Assembly (NCBI GenBank): GCA_964016885.1
Contig: OZ024746.1
Location: forward strand, 35,526,001 to 35,590,000
Source of the DNA: Eledone cirrhosa
Lineage: Eukaryota
DNA: 64,000 nt
Reading direction: 5' to 3'
Part shown: piece by piece, positions 1 through 13,031 of the stretch
How the letters are laid out: each line of letters opens with the position of its first letter
Position numbering within the stretch: the first letter of the stretch is position 1
Program-made: the position numbers and the translations under genes
Notes under the pieces: generated by a model
Told to the model about the DNA's origin: nothing
Seen by the model: only the letters and a program-made list of their open reading frames with translations
Databases searched by the model: none

Positions 1-65
1 TATATTTATATATATATATATATGTATATACTGTATGTATATATATATAAATATATATATATACA

Positions 66-650
66 TGACATGGGGACTCTGTGATTAGAATTCATCGTTC
101 TGCATCCCCTGCATTATAATTCATCGTTCTGCATCCCCCTGCATAGAACCACAAAGGTACTAAGACATAACATATATATTTGCTAGCATGGGTGTACATC
201 GCTACACATATGTTGGTAGATGTACTAATCTCTATATTTATCTCCAAATTATTTGTTGAGCAAAACTTGCCAGAATTTACTGCTGATTCATGATAGTAGT
301 AGGCTCTTGTCATAATACCACCCCGCTCCTAACTGATTAACCTCAGTGTCACGTGATTGATTCTTTAGAATCTGATACTGACCAGAGGCTGTGAATTTTT
401 TCAGTGCTCTAGAATTTAGTCCTCGCTAGCTTCATTCCATCCACTGAATTATTATTTTTATATGGGTTCCTAGTGTCCGCGCATCGCCTGGGAACTTAGC
501 TGAGAATAGACTCCCTGATGACGTAAGGAATTCTCTATAGTTATATTACGTAAATATATTTATCCCCTTACAGAAACTAATTAGTTGGAGTGAAAACTTT
601 AGTAAGTAAGTTGATTTTTAATTTTAAAATGTTCTTATTTTACGTCTTTA
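66..650 (+). mobile_element. Short non-coding PLE-type terminal fragment with hammerhead motif, between (TA)n tracts (family A, copy 1)
   Basis: 465-650 is clearly homologous to 30950-31128; contains CTGATGA...GAAAC-TAATTA-GTT; TA repeats on both sides. Confidence 0.6.
510..591 (+). ncRNA. Type I hammerhead ribozyme (minimal, palindromic stem III)
   Basis: Stem I ACTCC/GGAGT; CTGATGA 515-521; stem II GTAAGG/CCTTAC; GAAA 573-576; stem III C-TAATTA-G; predicted GUU cleavage triplet; covaries with the copy at 30997. Confidence 0.75.
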
Positions 651-681
<31 letters not shown>

Positions 682-1395
682 TATATATATACATACATAC
701 ATACATATATATATATATATTTATATATATATATGCAGTATATATATATATAATATATATGCAGTATATATATATATATATGACCGGGGATGTACGTTGA
801 ATCATATTCAAAATTCTCATAATAAACATGCATGAAGATATGTATGAATATAAATATTTGAATGAGACAACTATTCAATTTTCAACCACAAATTGTATGG
901 AAATATGAAAAATGTATTTTATGGCTCGTATCTAAAATCAAATCTTTATACATGATTATATATGATATCTCGTGGCATCAATTGATCACATGAAGATGCA
1001 TCTATACCTTGCAGATAGTATAACATTTGCCTTGATAATTCATTTACAATGCAACGGAATGCATTTTTGAACACGTTTTACTGTAATTGCGTATATTTTT
1101 ATATCTGTGTATATGTATTTATACAAACTTCTATAAATATATATATATGCAAGCACACTATGCATAAAAGTATCGCATGTCTATAAAAGTTTGAGATATC
1201 CCCATCTATTTCCCTATACATACTCCCCATGTTCATCAATACACAAACACACACTCATATATATATATATTATATATATATATATATATATATGATAAGA
1301 TATTTGTGTGTGTGCATATGTACGTTATGAGCATTGAATTCTTAATCTTGTAATCGTATTAGCAATTGCTCTCTTCCCCATCTCTCTCTTCTCTA

Positions 1396-1497
<102 letters not shown>

Positions 1498-1501
1498 TTA
1501 T

Positions 1502-1583
<82 letters not shown>

Positions 1584-2525
1584 TTCTACCTTTCATCATA
1601 CTATTTCCATTTTTCTGTCTTAATATCTTATATTATTCAATCTCTTCCGTAATATTTCTATTCACGTTTTATTTTTCATTTTTGCTTTCGTGTTCGAACT
1701 TCCTATATACTTAACCCTTGTTTTTCATCTCTGCAAATCAATGCAATATATCTCCCGGTAATATTCAATTTTTTCTCATAATCAAACCGCTTCCACTCCA
1801 CCCCGTTAAAACGAAAGAAAAAATTTCGCTTTATGCACGAAAGTATATGGAAAGCAATCAACGTACCCCACATCTTAACGTTAGTTTTGCTGGAAATAAA
1901 TCTATATCCAATACATACGATTGATATATCATCCTATCTTCACCTATTTCTTTTGTTTCATTTGAGTGTTTTACGCACATGTATTTTTAAATCACATTCA
2001 TCATGGCCAACATAAAAAATGAAAAAAAATATTAAATAAAGAAATCATAAAATCAAGTGAACGGAATAATAATAATTTCATAAGTGATGCATCTTCTGTC
2101 AAAACTTACATTTATTTAACGAAATAAAACATTAAAATTATCTTCCACTCCCTCCAAACCTCTACCAAGAAGAAAACATTAAGATAGTAAAATGAAAAGT
2201 CTGTGAAAGAAAATATATGAAGATTTGTGACATGACATGTTAGAAGAAGGAGCTGTGAAATTCTCAATAATTTTATGTTTTGCGTGACGGATATCATTTT
2301 TTTTCTATTGAAGAACCGCATTGAACGGAATTACCTTCCCCAACTCTCTAATCATTACAAATATATGACAAATTGAGGGAAAATAAATTTCCATTTATTT
2401 GTTAGTTACATACGTCACCTGAAGATTAAATATGTTGGGTCATATCTGCAACATATCTTGCAATAGCATTTATTAATTGCCGTTACAAATGGATTGTTAT
2501 TATTATTATTACGTGGTATTAGTAT

Positions 2526-3308
2526 GAGTTCAAATCCCGTCGAGGTTAACTTTCCCTTTCATCCTTACGGGGTCGATAAAATAAAGTACCAGTAATACAC
2601 TGGGTATTTTGCTGGCCTTGTGCCAAAAGTAGAAACAATTATTATTATTACGAGGGGGTGGATTGCCAGTATCGGTAGAGGGTCGGACGCCATGCTTCTC
2701 AGCAAAGCGTTACGGCCCATTATGATATAAGTTCAAATCCCGCCGAGGTTAACTTTGCCTCACTGGGTTGATAAAATAAAGTACCAGTCACGCACTGGGT
2801 CGATTTAATCGACATTCCTCTCCCTCAAAATTGCTGGTCTTGTGCCTATATAAGAAACCATTATTATTATTACGCGGGGGTGGATTGGCAGTATCAGTAA
2901 GGGGTCGGACGCCAGGCTTTGCAGTAAAGAGATACGGCCCTTTATGGTCTGAGTTCAAATCCCGCCGAGGTTAACTTTGCCTTTCATCCTTACGGGGTCG
3001 ATAAAATAAAGTACCAGTAATACACTGGGATAATTGCTGGCCTTGTGCCAAAAGTAGAAATAATAATTATTATTACGAGGGGGTGGATTGGTAGTATCGG
3101 TAGAGCGTCCGACAACATGGTTCACGGCTTAGAGTTAATGTTATTTACGTTCTGAGATCACACTCCACCGAGTTTAGCTTTTCCTTTCATCATTACGGGG
3201 TCGATAACATAAAGCATCAGTAATGCACTGGGATCGTTTTAATCGAATCAACTTTCCCTTCAAATAGTTGGCTTTGTCCCTAAATCAGAAATCATCCTTA
3301 TTATTATT
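2526..3308 (+). mobile_element. Head-to-tail array of four tRNA-derived SINE copies (first 5'-truncated)
   Basis: Units start near 2526, 2651, 2873 and 3077; A-box-like TGGCAGTATCGG, B-box GAGTTCAAATC, core CTTTCATCCTTACGGGGTCGATAAAATAAAGTACC, (ATT)n tails. Confidence 0.85.
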
Positions 3309-3319
3309 GATATCTGCTT

Positions 3320-3780
3320 TGCAGAGTATGCCATTAAAGAGGCGAATCTGTGGCACACATTGTTAATAGATGTGAGCAATCAGGAAAAAATGTCACAAAA
3401 TCCGGCATGATGTTATCGCAGAAACCTTCATTGGGAGTTGTGGCAAACTTACAACATCGAAATGTACTCTCAGTGGTACGAACACCCACCTCTTAAATCC
3501 TGGTTTTCAGTTGAGGTAGTAAAGTTATTTTGGGACTTTGAGATCAAGACCACAAACAAAGTCCAACAACACGGCTCTGATATTGTTGCAAAAACAGAAA
3601 ATCCCTTAAATTGGATTCTAATTAATATTACGGTTCCCGAAGACCTCAATGCGGCTGTAAAGGAAATGGAACAGATCTATACGTATGCAAATTCTGCAGG
3701 CGATATAAGTACCGCGCACCATGTAGACATAAGCGTCGTGCAAATCACCATTGGGAGGCTAATCACGGTCCTTAAATGAC
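3320..3780 (+). pseudogene. Decayed C-terminal RLE domain fragment of an R4/Dong-like non-LTR retrotransposon
   Basis: RHD motif upstream of ORF 3438-3779; KLFWDFEIKT...SDIV...INITVP resembles the RLE domain at 13379-13912. Confidence 0.6.
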
Positions 3781-4039
3781 TACCATTTTGTTTCACTCTT
3801 AAGTCAAATAGGCATGACAGGGTTTATTAGGTATCCACATTTCTGTTGATTGACCACGACAGTTATATCTGACTTATTGTGCTCTAATATTTTGTCTGTA
3901 TTAAAAAGTTCCATAATATTTTACAATCTTTTAATTCAGTTACGTTTTCTGACTTATGGTTGTGTCACTCAAATCCCCACTTTTCTCAGTCTTCAATATA
4001 TAATCATGGCTATATCATCCTTATATTAAATAAACATTT

Positions 4040-4850
4040 AAAACAAATATATCAACTTCCCCAAAGTTGAGGAGACTCTAACGGTTACTCTCGTAGAAAT
4101 CCCACAAAAGCCACGGTCACCCTGCCCGCTAGGGTAAAGTGCTCTCCCAGTCTTTCTACTCCAATCTACAGGCGTATGCTCAAGGCCGGCCGATTCACAT
4201 GGACCAAGCTCGCCACTCAAACCCACCTTTCAACACACTGGTTGGAAGGCAGCACCCTGATTTTCCTCTTCAAGTGAAATCAGAAAAAGTTAATCAGGGT
4301 TTCACCAAAGAGGAAGATAGCTGTCTTCAACCCTTTCAAACGCGACCACCACACTACTTCTTTCGCCATGGCCACCAGGCAGATAAAAACTGCATGTCGT
4401 TCTTTTCTAAAGGATAACGGCGGGTCAATCTTCACACTGGACTCCGTTGATAATCGGATCCGTCCTACACGTGACAGCAAGTGCTCGACTTAAACACATA
4501 GGTCAGAAATACTCGGACACTCGACGAGCACATGCAGGACGGTTTCGCCACCCTGCGTGCACCTCGGACAGTCCCGATTGACAGCTCTTACATGCCTGTA
4601 GAGTTTATCCCGAACTGGCAAAACTCTTCGGTAGCACTGCCAGGCCAGGGATTTCTGGATATTGTCCATGGGCCCTGGCCCCAAAGTTCTCCCGAAGGGA
4701 TTGTCTGTTTGCTTTTTATTGACTCTCAGAGTCTCGCAAAGGATGTCGTCGCTCTTTCCCTCCACTAACCCTTTATAGAACCCCACAGTGGGGTTGCCAC
4801 CGATCGCAGCGCCCGATTGGTCGAGGGCTGTGAGCGCCTGAAGACATTCC
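4040..4850 (-). mobile_element. 3' fragment of L1/Tx1-clade LINE
   Basis: ORF 4490-4786 (FYKGLVEGKSDD...KSLAWQCYR...CPRC...HVLVEC) closely matches the C-terminus of the element at 5747-11290. Confidence 0.85.
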
Positions 4851-5685
4851 AGGAAATAATAATAAACATTATTATTAATCTTTCATTGTTTGCTATAATT
4901 TTCTTGGTCATGTTACTCGTATTACGAACCATAGTAGTAATAGCAGTAGTAGCGGTGGCAACAACAAGAGTAACAGCAGTAGCACTAATAGTAGTTGCAG
5001 AGGCAGCAACACTATGAATAACAATTTAATAAAAATATATAAAGAAGAAACTAAAGAAATAAAATGACTAAATTAATGTGCATTTCCATACCTGTTTGAT
5101 CGTAGCCCCCATCACGTTTTCATAGTTTATTATCGTTGATAGAATTCTAAGAAAAAGAACGAATAAATGTTGAAAGAAGGATGGGGAGGGATGAAGTGAA
5201 GAGAAGACAAAAGAAATAACAACTACATAGAGAACAATTAACTGACGCTTGAAAATCTATTAGGATTGCCGTATATAATCAAACAAACAAGCTACCCGTA
5301 CATGTTTAATGCGGAAATGAAAAGATTTGTACTTACAAATATAGTCAATACTAACAGCAATTTGAGGCATTTTTTTGCTAATGAATTCGACATTTGATAG
5401 AAGGCAAATATATTGAAATACATACGTAATTAGTTATTTCATCTAAAACAATTCTAATTCTCACTAGACCTTTAAAGCGTAACACTGAACTGCAATAAAT
5501 GCGAACAAGTATGCTTCTATGATTTGTGTTTCAGTATATATTATTGTTAATGTTTTATTCGATTTGTTTAATTTTTTTTAATATTCTTTGATTTTGTTCA
5601 TGCCTCCATATAGGCTGTTTTTTTAGGGTGTTTTTCTTGTTAAATAATTCTTATGTGAAGCGGAAATGTGTATTATGATCACATA

Positions 5686-5687
<2 letters not shown>

Positions 5688-5746
<59 letters not shown>
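5688..5746. repeat. (ATT)n microsatellite immediately 5' of the Tx1 element
   Basis: Direct reading. Confidence 0.95.
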
Positions 5747-5966
5747 GGCGACCTACGTAGTAAATCGTATCATCGTGAGCTCCGCAAAAGTTTGTTATTT
5801 TCAATTTTCAGTTGTTCAAAATTGCCATTCATGGAAAATTTAATTGTTAACTGTATATAAGTGCACATACTTTGTTATCTGAAAAGGACACCCAAAAAGA
5901 TTGGGGCCTTGAGCCCAAAATTTAAACTTTTATAATTATCAAACAACATTTTTTCTTTGAAACATC

Positions 5967-7882
5967 ATGGCCTACTCAGAGTCACTCCTTTCTCACAAAC
6001 TAACACCTCACACCGACACCCCCATTGTAAATATTACTAAGTTTGCCAACACTAAAAATATAAGCAGTAGCAATATTTTAAATTTGTCTCAGGCAGACAT
6101 TTATTTCCCACCATTACCAATGATTGCAGGTGTTAAAGCCCCCCCCCCCCCCATCCCCCACCGCGACAACAGAAACAAAAGAAAAAAAATTTACTCGTGA
6201 TATCGAAATGAATTCAACCAAAATGAACTCTTCCACGCCGAACACAACTGATCCACCACAACCACAACTGAAACTAAAATTACTAATAACAAAAATAACG
6301 ATAACAACAACAGCAACAATGACATTAAGAAAACCACCCTGAGTTTTGCCAGAGTAGCAAAACAGTGCGAAGCATTTCAGGTAACGCAGGAGGAATTAGA
6401 AGAAGCCAAAAAATGGTAAAGAAAGATGGGTACAGGGTCAGCCTTCCCCTCCCCCCACACTTAATAAAATGGAGCATCGGCGCCTATGCCCCATGTCTTA
6501 TCGAACAATTAACATAAAATCACGCCGAGTGGAACGGGCATCCGAGTCCCAAATCCAAAAAGCTTTGGTACATGTGTGGGCAAAGAAAATCCACATCAGA
6601 CGTGGGCAGAAGTATGGAACCGTGGACGTGTTCTATGAAACACCACATGAGGCTAGAGAACACTCCATGGCCCCATTAAGAAGTGACGACTACACACTCG
6701 TCCCAAGCTATTGTGGCCAGAGACTTGTAAAGATCAGGGTCACCCACGTTCCACCGGCTATCGAAATTCCCTGGCTAATAGCTGCCGTCCTCGCCGGCAA
6801 CGAAGCCAACACCAAGATAATTGAAATAACAAAAGAAAAGCAGGAGAACTGGATCGGATTTGGGATGGAGCTCCTGATCCAAGCGGACCCAAAAATCATT
6901 GATGAGATCCCAGAGGTAATAGACCTCACTGAAGGCAGCCACCACACCGTAATTGTCGAGGGCAGAAGGCTTAGGTGTGTCGTTTGTGTTGAAGGAACCC
7001 ACCTAAGGGCTTTCTGCCATCAGGCTAAAAGGTTGAGGCCACCCCTCCTACCCACACCAGTGACTCAACCATCAACACCACCAGCAACAGAGATGGCAGC
7101 AACGACTGTAGCAGCAACAACATAAGCAACTGTAACAGCAACAACCCCAGCAACAGTAGCAAAACCAACACCACCACCACCCAACGCGCCAGAACTAGCA
7201 CCAGCGCCTACACAATCCACCACGCCACAACCAAAACTAACGCCTGCGGAGGATTTTCCACTCCCCGGCCTATCACAACTGGAGACAGATTGTGACGACG
7301 AGGAGTGGAAAACGGTATCAGGAAAAATGAAAAAAAAAAAGAAACCAAAAAAGAAAAAAATTCTCTTCCTTCCCCCTCCAAAAACAAAATACAGAGGGAA
7401 ACAAATAAACTATCAAACAAAACATTTAGGACAGATATACCACCATCCACACCAGCATCACCAACCCCATCACCCCAAACACCAACACCATCACCATCAT
7501 TAACCCCAACACCACCATCACCAACACCAAAAAGCGAAACAGAAACAACCCCCAACAAACGCAAACAAAACAAAACAACTAAAACGATACACACTACACA
7601 GCATTAAATTTGAACAACCAATTATTACTCTACATCCAACACAACACCAGCATCACAGAAAAAGACTACACAACAACCCAAAAGTTCACACCACCTGCAC
7701 ACATACAAATCACTCGCATCACACAGAAAACGTACACGACACTAAAACAAAAATTCCCCAAAGATATCGAAGACTTCCGACAAACACTCTCCAGGAGGAT
7801 TTATAAGAACATCCTTCCGGAGGAGGGCACAAGCAGTGAAAAGGATGGAGAAACCATCCTTCCTCAACGAGAAGTAAGGTAA
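5967..7882 (+). pseudogene. Tx1-type ORF1 (gag-like nucleic-acid-binding protein), disrupted by frameshifts and stops
   Basis: ORF 6469-7125 has CVVCVEGTHLRAFC (CX2CX4HX4C) followed by Pro/Thr-rich and basic low-complexity pieces. Confidence 0.7.
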
Positions 7883-7919
7883 GTGGTCTTTCCCATCTTT
7901 TCCACTTCATTTCAACATA

Positions 7920-10900
7920 ACCTCACTCAGAATAGGCAGCATAAATGCGTGTGACTTGGGGTCGTCATGGAAGCAGGGCCACCTGCGCAACGACCTCAGG
8001 TCACTAAACATAGATGTAGTGGCCATCAGCGAGACCAGAATCTCCGAAGCACGGGCCTTTGCACCGATCTTCGGCGGCTACGATGTGTACGCATCTCCCA
8101 GCCGTCCAGGATCGGGGGGAAGAGTTGCTGTGCTTCTTCGGAGAGGTTTGGATCTCGCCATACGGGCCATCTTCCTGGACCCAGAAGGTAGGTTGGTGGT
8201 GCTAGACGTGACCAACGGAGACGGGCAAGCTTTCAGGCTAGTGGCCGTCTATGCCGCGACAGGAGCAGGGCGGCCTGATTGCTTCCGTCGTCTGGAGACC
8301 TCTCGTGGAACGTCCCGCTCTTTAGTGTTAGTGGGCGACTGGAACGGGATCTTAGATGAACGCTGGGACTGTGTGCAATCAGCGGATAGGGGAGGAGGGT
8401 GGAAGAGCCTCACCAATCTGCTCAGGCGTTTTGAACTGTCTGACAGGTACCGATTGGATTTCCCGAATGTACCAATGTGGACTTGGACAAATCGCATAGG
8501 GTCATCCAGATCATATCTGGATAGAGTATTTTGTAGGTAAATATATAGGTCTAGCATAGGCTGTCCACAATTCAAGATCTCTGTGCTTGACTTAGATATT
8601 CTTCATAGACGAGGAGCCGGCTACTGCAAGCTAAACGCGTCCTTACCAGCGCGCAAGGCCTACAGAGACCGGATTAGCGAACTAGTTAAGCGGGCGTTGA
8701 CGGGGGCCATCGTCAACAACAAGTGGTGGTTTGCTCTGAAAAGAGCAATTAGAATAGAGTCCATTAGGTTTAGTAAGGCTTTAGCAATAGAGAAAAATAG
8801 AGCAGAGGGAGAATTAGTTAGAAAATTAGACGAGGCGCTTAGCAAAGTCATCGCGACCGATGTACTTGCGGAGAAATTGGCCCTTTACCAATTCTTCAAT
8901 GCAAAGCACGAAGGCTGCGTTGTCAGAGCTAGGGTGCGTGCTCTCAGACACGAGGGGACGAAAACCGTTCAATGGGCCCGAGTGGCGGAGGCGCGTCGTG
9001 GCAACAAAGCCACGATCCTGTCTTTGGTGGACCACGACGGGCGCATGCTACTCGATCCCGGGCAAATGTGTGAAGCTTTTCAGCGACACTTCGCTCAGCT
9101 GTTCGGGGGCAGCGGCGGGCGGGATCGAGGGATGGACTTTAGTGTCTACCTCGATGGACTGCCGCGGCTCTCGGCCACTGAGGCGGAGTGTTGCGAAAAG
9201 CCGATAACAGCCGCTGAAGTACGGGAGGAAATGACTTGCTGCACAAGGGGTAAATCGCCTAGTTTGGACGGTCTGCCCTGTGAACTTTACGTACAGATGC
9301 CAGACTTGTTCGGAGGCCTCTTGGCGGACGTCTACTGCAACTGGCAACATAACGGGAGAATTCCCACCTTTGTAAGCCGAGGAGCTGTGGCGCTGCTTAG
9401 AAAGGATCCAAACAAGGGGGATAACATAGATAATTTTAGGCCCATAACTCTGCTAAACACAGAGTTCAAGATTTTGGCCAACGTGCTAGCAAAAAGGTTG
9501 GCGCTTGTCGTTGGTGGTCTGCTGGGAGAGGCGCAGACAAAGGCACGACAACCTCCACCTCATGCGATACATCGTAGAGGGGGTAGCCAGAGAACCTGGC
9601 ACGGGTGGTTCCTTGATCAATTTAGATCAGTCGAAAGCTTTCGATAGGGTCGACCATCGTTACCTAGCGGCAGTCCTGAGGGTGGCTGGCTTTGGGCCCG
9701 TCTTCAGAGGCTGGATCGCTGCCATACACAGCGACATCTGCTCTGTGGTGAGAGTGAACGGTCACCTTTCGGAACCGTTCAACATCATGCGCTCGGTCCG
9801 CCAAGGATGTCCCCTCTCGTCCCTCGTGTACGCATTGACTCTCGAGCCATTACTGCACAAACTGGAGACGTTGAGGGCGGTCCCGCGTGAACTAGGATGC
9901 GTAAGATCCGTGTCAGCACATGCGGACGATGTCACCGCAGTGGTGTCGAAGGGCAAACACATCGAGGCGATCGGCACTACACTAAGAGAATACGAAGCGG
10001 TGACAGGAGCAATGATCAACCAGGAAACGTCAGTGGGCCTGCAGCTCGGCACCTGGAGAGGCTGGTCCATGCCGTCCAACAGCGTCGACGGGCGCTGTTC
10101 GGACGGACCGGTTAAATTGCTCGGGGTCTGGTTCGGTCCGGATCTCCAGACGGACAAAAACTGGGACGAAGTGACGAGCAGAGTGGCTTCTCTCACCCAG
10201 AAATGGGCCGAGAGGAAGCTATCCCTGAAAGGTCGAGCGGAGGTGGCTAACGCGTACATCGCGTCTGTCATATGCTACCGCCTGACCGTCGTACCTTGTC
10301 CTAAGCCTCGCCTGACTGCGCTGGAGCGTTTGCTCTTTCGCTTTTTGTGGAAGGGACGCGCTCCGATGGTCAGGCGGTCCATCTGCTGTCAACACCCGCT
10401 ACGTGGAGGGCTGGGAATGCCGTGGCTAATGATGGGCAGACACGCGCTCAGGCTACGACATCTCCACATCTTCCTCGACGGTGATCAGGTGTGGTCGCCG
10501 TTTGCTAGACGCGCCTTTCCCCAGCTCGTCTCCTTGACGGAGCTGTAGTCCTGGGTCAAGCGAAGACCGAGAGGGAGCGCTTGTAGACTGGAATGTCTTC
10601 AGGCGCTCACAGCCCTCGACCAATCAGGCAATGTGATCGGTGGAAACTTCACCTTGGCGTTCTATAGAGGATTAGTGGAGGGCAAGAGCGACGACGTACT
10701 TGGGGAAACTCTAGGCGACGACGAAAATCAACTAGCCAATCTCTTCGGAAGAACTTTCGGGCCGGGGCCTATGGACAACTTCCAGAAATCCCTGGCCTGG
10801 CAGTGCTACCGAGGAGCTTTGCCAGTTCGGGATAAACTCTACAGGCATGGAGATGCCGTCAGCCAGGCATGTCCAAGATGCGCGCTGGGCGACGAAACCA

Positions 10901-11007
10901 TCCTGCACGCACTCGTCCAGTGTGCGAGCATTGCAATTGTTGAAAGATGTGTGAAAGAAGCAAGAATGGCCCGAGTGAATGGGCCTACTCTGAGTATGTG
11001 TCTGTAA
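7920..11007 (+). pseudogene. Tx1-type ORF2: APE endonuclease + reverse transcriptase + C-terminal zinc finger, disrupted
   Basis: DVVAISET, LVGDWN, SYLDRV (APE); NFRPITLLNTEFKILA, LDQSKAFDRVDH, VRQGCPLS, AHADD (RT); CPRC...H...C. Confidence 0.9.
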
Positions 11008-11251
11008 ATTAAAGGTGGAAAACTGGGAGAGGGCACTTGCCCTGGTGGTCAGGGTCACTGTGGCCTTTTAATGGGCTTTCTCCACAAATGTCCCTCCGAA
11101 GTCTCTCCCCTATTAGGGAATTTTTCATTGTTATTTTTTATTACAACCTCTGTTTTTTTACACGCAGAAATGCCCATTTGAACCGTCCTGTATTGTCCTG
11201 TACTGTCCTTAATGTCTACTTTATGTAAACCCTTGTGGTTAATAAAGAAAG

Positions 11252-11283
<32 letters not shown>

Positions 11284-11577
11284 TTACTATTGATCTTTGA
11301 GTCTCAGTCATTGATGTGAGTATGTGTCTGTAAATTAAAGGTGGAAAACTGGGAGAGGGCACTTGCCCTGGTGGTTAGGGTCACTGTGGCCTTTTAATGG
11401 GCTTTCTCCACAAATGCCCTTCGGAAGTCTCCCCCCTATTGGGGAATGTTTCATTGTTATTTTTATTACATCCTCTGTTTTTTTTACACGCAGAAATGCC
11501 CATTTGTACCGTCCTGTATTGTCCTGTACTGTCCTTAATGTGTTCTTTATGTAAACCCTTGTGGTTAATAAAGAAAG

Positions 11578-11638
<61 letters not shown>

Positions 11639-11664
11639 GTTTTTTGAGTCTCAGTCATTGATGT
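10991..11664 (+). repeat. Tandem duplication (~330 bp unit) of the Tx1 3' UTR, ATT tail and flank
   Basis: 10991-11316 and 11317-11664 both run TGAGTATGTGTCTG...(ATT)n...GAGTCTCAGTCATTGATGT. Confidence 0.9.
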
Positions 11665-11925
11665 TAGTTAACTGGAATGTTTGTTGAAATGAATATCAAG
11701 CCACTACCTGCAGCCTCAGATATTCAGGGCGTATCGGAGGGTTCTTGCTGTTCCCAGCAAGCATGCCTTTTGAAGCGTTCCAAAAAGCGTGGCGGGGCCA
11801 ATTTTCTTTAACCATGCCTGGACACTTTTTGAGATAGTACCTAGTGCGCCTATGACAATCGGGACCACTTTGACTTCATGGCAGTTCCAAATCCTTTTTA
11901 CCCCCCACTTTAAGTCCTGGTATCG
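11640..11925 (-). mobile_element. 3' end of an R4/Dong-like RLE LINE
   Basis: Minus strand reads VKVVPIVIGALGTISK...LQKACLLGTARTLRYALNI*, a typical RLE C-terminus. Confidence 0.7.
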
Positions 11926-12959
11926 GTCAGGCTACGACATCTTCACCTCTTCCTCGACGGTGATCAGGTGTGGTCACCGTTTGATAGACTCGTCTTTCCC
12001 CAGCTCGTCTCCTTGACGGAGCTGCAGTCCTGGGTCATGTGAAGACCGTGAGAGAGCGCTTGGAGACTGGATTGTCTTCAAGCCCTCGCAGCCCTCGACC
12101 TGTCGGGCAATGTGATTGGTGGCAACTACACCTTGGCGTTCTATAGAGGATTAGTGGAGGGGAAGAGCGACGACGTGCTTGGGGAAACTCTAGGCGTCAA
12201 CGAAAATCAACTAGCCAATCTTTTCGGAAGTACTTTCGGAACGGGGCTTATGGACAACTTCCAGAAATACCTGGCCTGACAATGCTACCGAGGAACTTTG
12301 CCAGTTCGGGATAAACTCTACAGGCATGGAAGTGTCGTCAGCTGGGAATGTCAGATATGCGCGCAGGGCGACGGAACCATCCTGCACGCACTCGTCCAGT
12401 TTCCTAGCATTGCTGACTTGTGGGTTTATGTCAAACACCTGCTATCGCGTGTAGGACGGATCCGGCTATTAGCTGAGTCCACCGTGAGGATTGCCCCGCC
12501 GTCTTCCTTTAGCCGGGAAGGGCAGGCAGTTTTTATCTGTCAGGTGGCCATGGCGAAAGAGATAGTATGGTGGACACGTTTGAAAGGGCTGAAGACGAGC
12601 ACTTACCTCTTCGGTGATGCCCTGATTGACTTTTTCAAATTTCATTTGAAAAGGAAAATCAGGGTAGAGAGGGAAGTGCTCTCTTCCCAGTATTGTGTTG
12701 AAAGATGGGTAAGAGGATCAAGAATGGCCCGAGTGAATATGTGTCTGTAAATTAAAGGGGGAAAACTGGGAGAGGGCACTTGCACTGGTGGTCAGGGTCA
12801 CCATAACATTTCTAATGGGCTTTCTCCACGATGGTCCTCGTAAGTCTCTGCCCTATTTGGTAATTTTTCATTGTTTCTTTTTTGAAATGCCTATTTGTAC
12901 CGTCCTGTATTGTCCTTAATGTCTTACTTTGTGTAAACCCTTGTGGTTAATAAAGAAAG

Positions 12960-13030
<71 letters not shown>
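11926..13030 (+). mobile_element. 5'-truncated copy of the same Tx1 family with (ATT)n tail
   Basis: Colinear with 10450-11290; retains ~280 bp that is deleted from the long copy near 10935. Confidence 0.9.

Positions 13031-13031
<1 letters not shown>

Larger units (their letters stand above)
5747..11290 (+). mobile_element. Near-full-length, inactivated L1/Tx1-clade LINE
   Basis: ORF1 with CCHC knuckle, then APE endonuclease, RT and C-terminal Cys/His domain, 3' UTR with AATAAA and (ATT)n tail; the 5' boundary is approximate. Confidence 0.9.

Noticed and set aside
2526-3308. tRNA genes or a CRISPR-like array
   Set aside because: A/B boxes belong to SINE heads with no cloverleaf; units are ~200 bp without unique spacers; the context is eukaryotic
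7920-11007. GC-rich ORF2 as evidence of horizontal transfer or contamination
   Set aside because: Several copies of different ages are interleaved with host microsatellites; composition alone is insufficient
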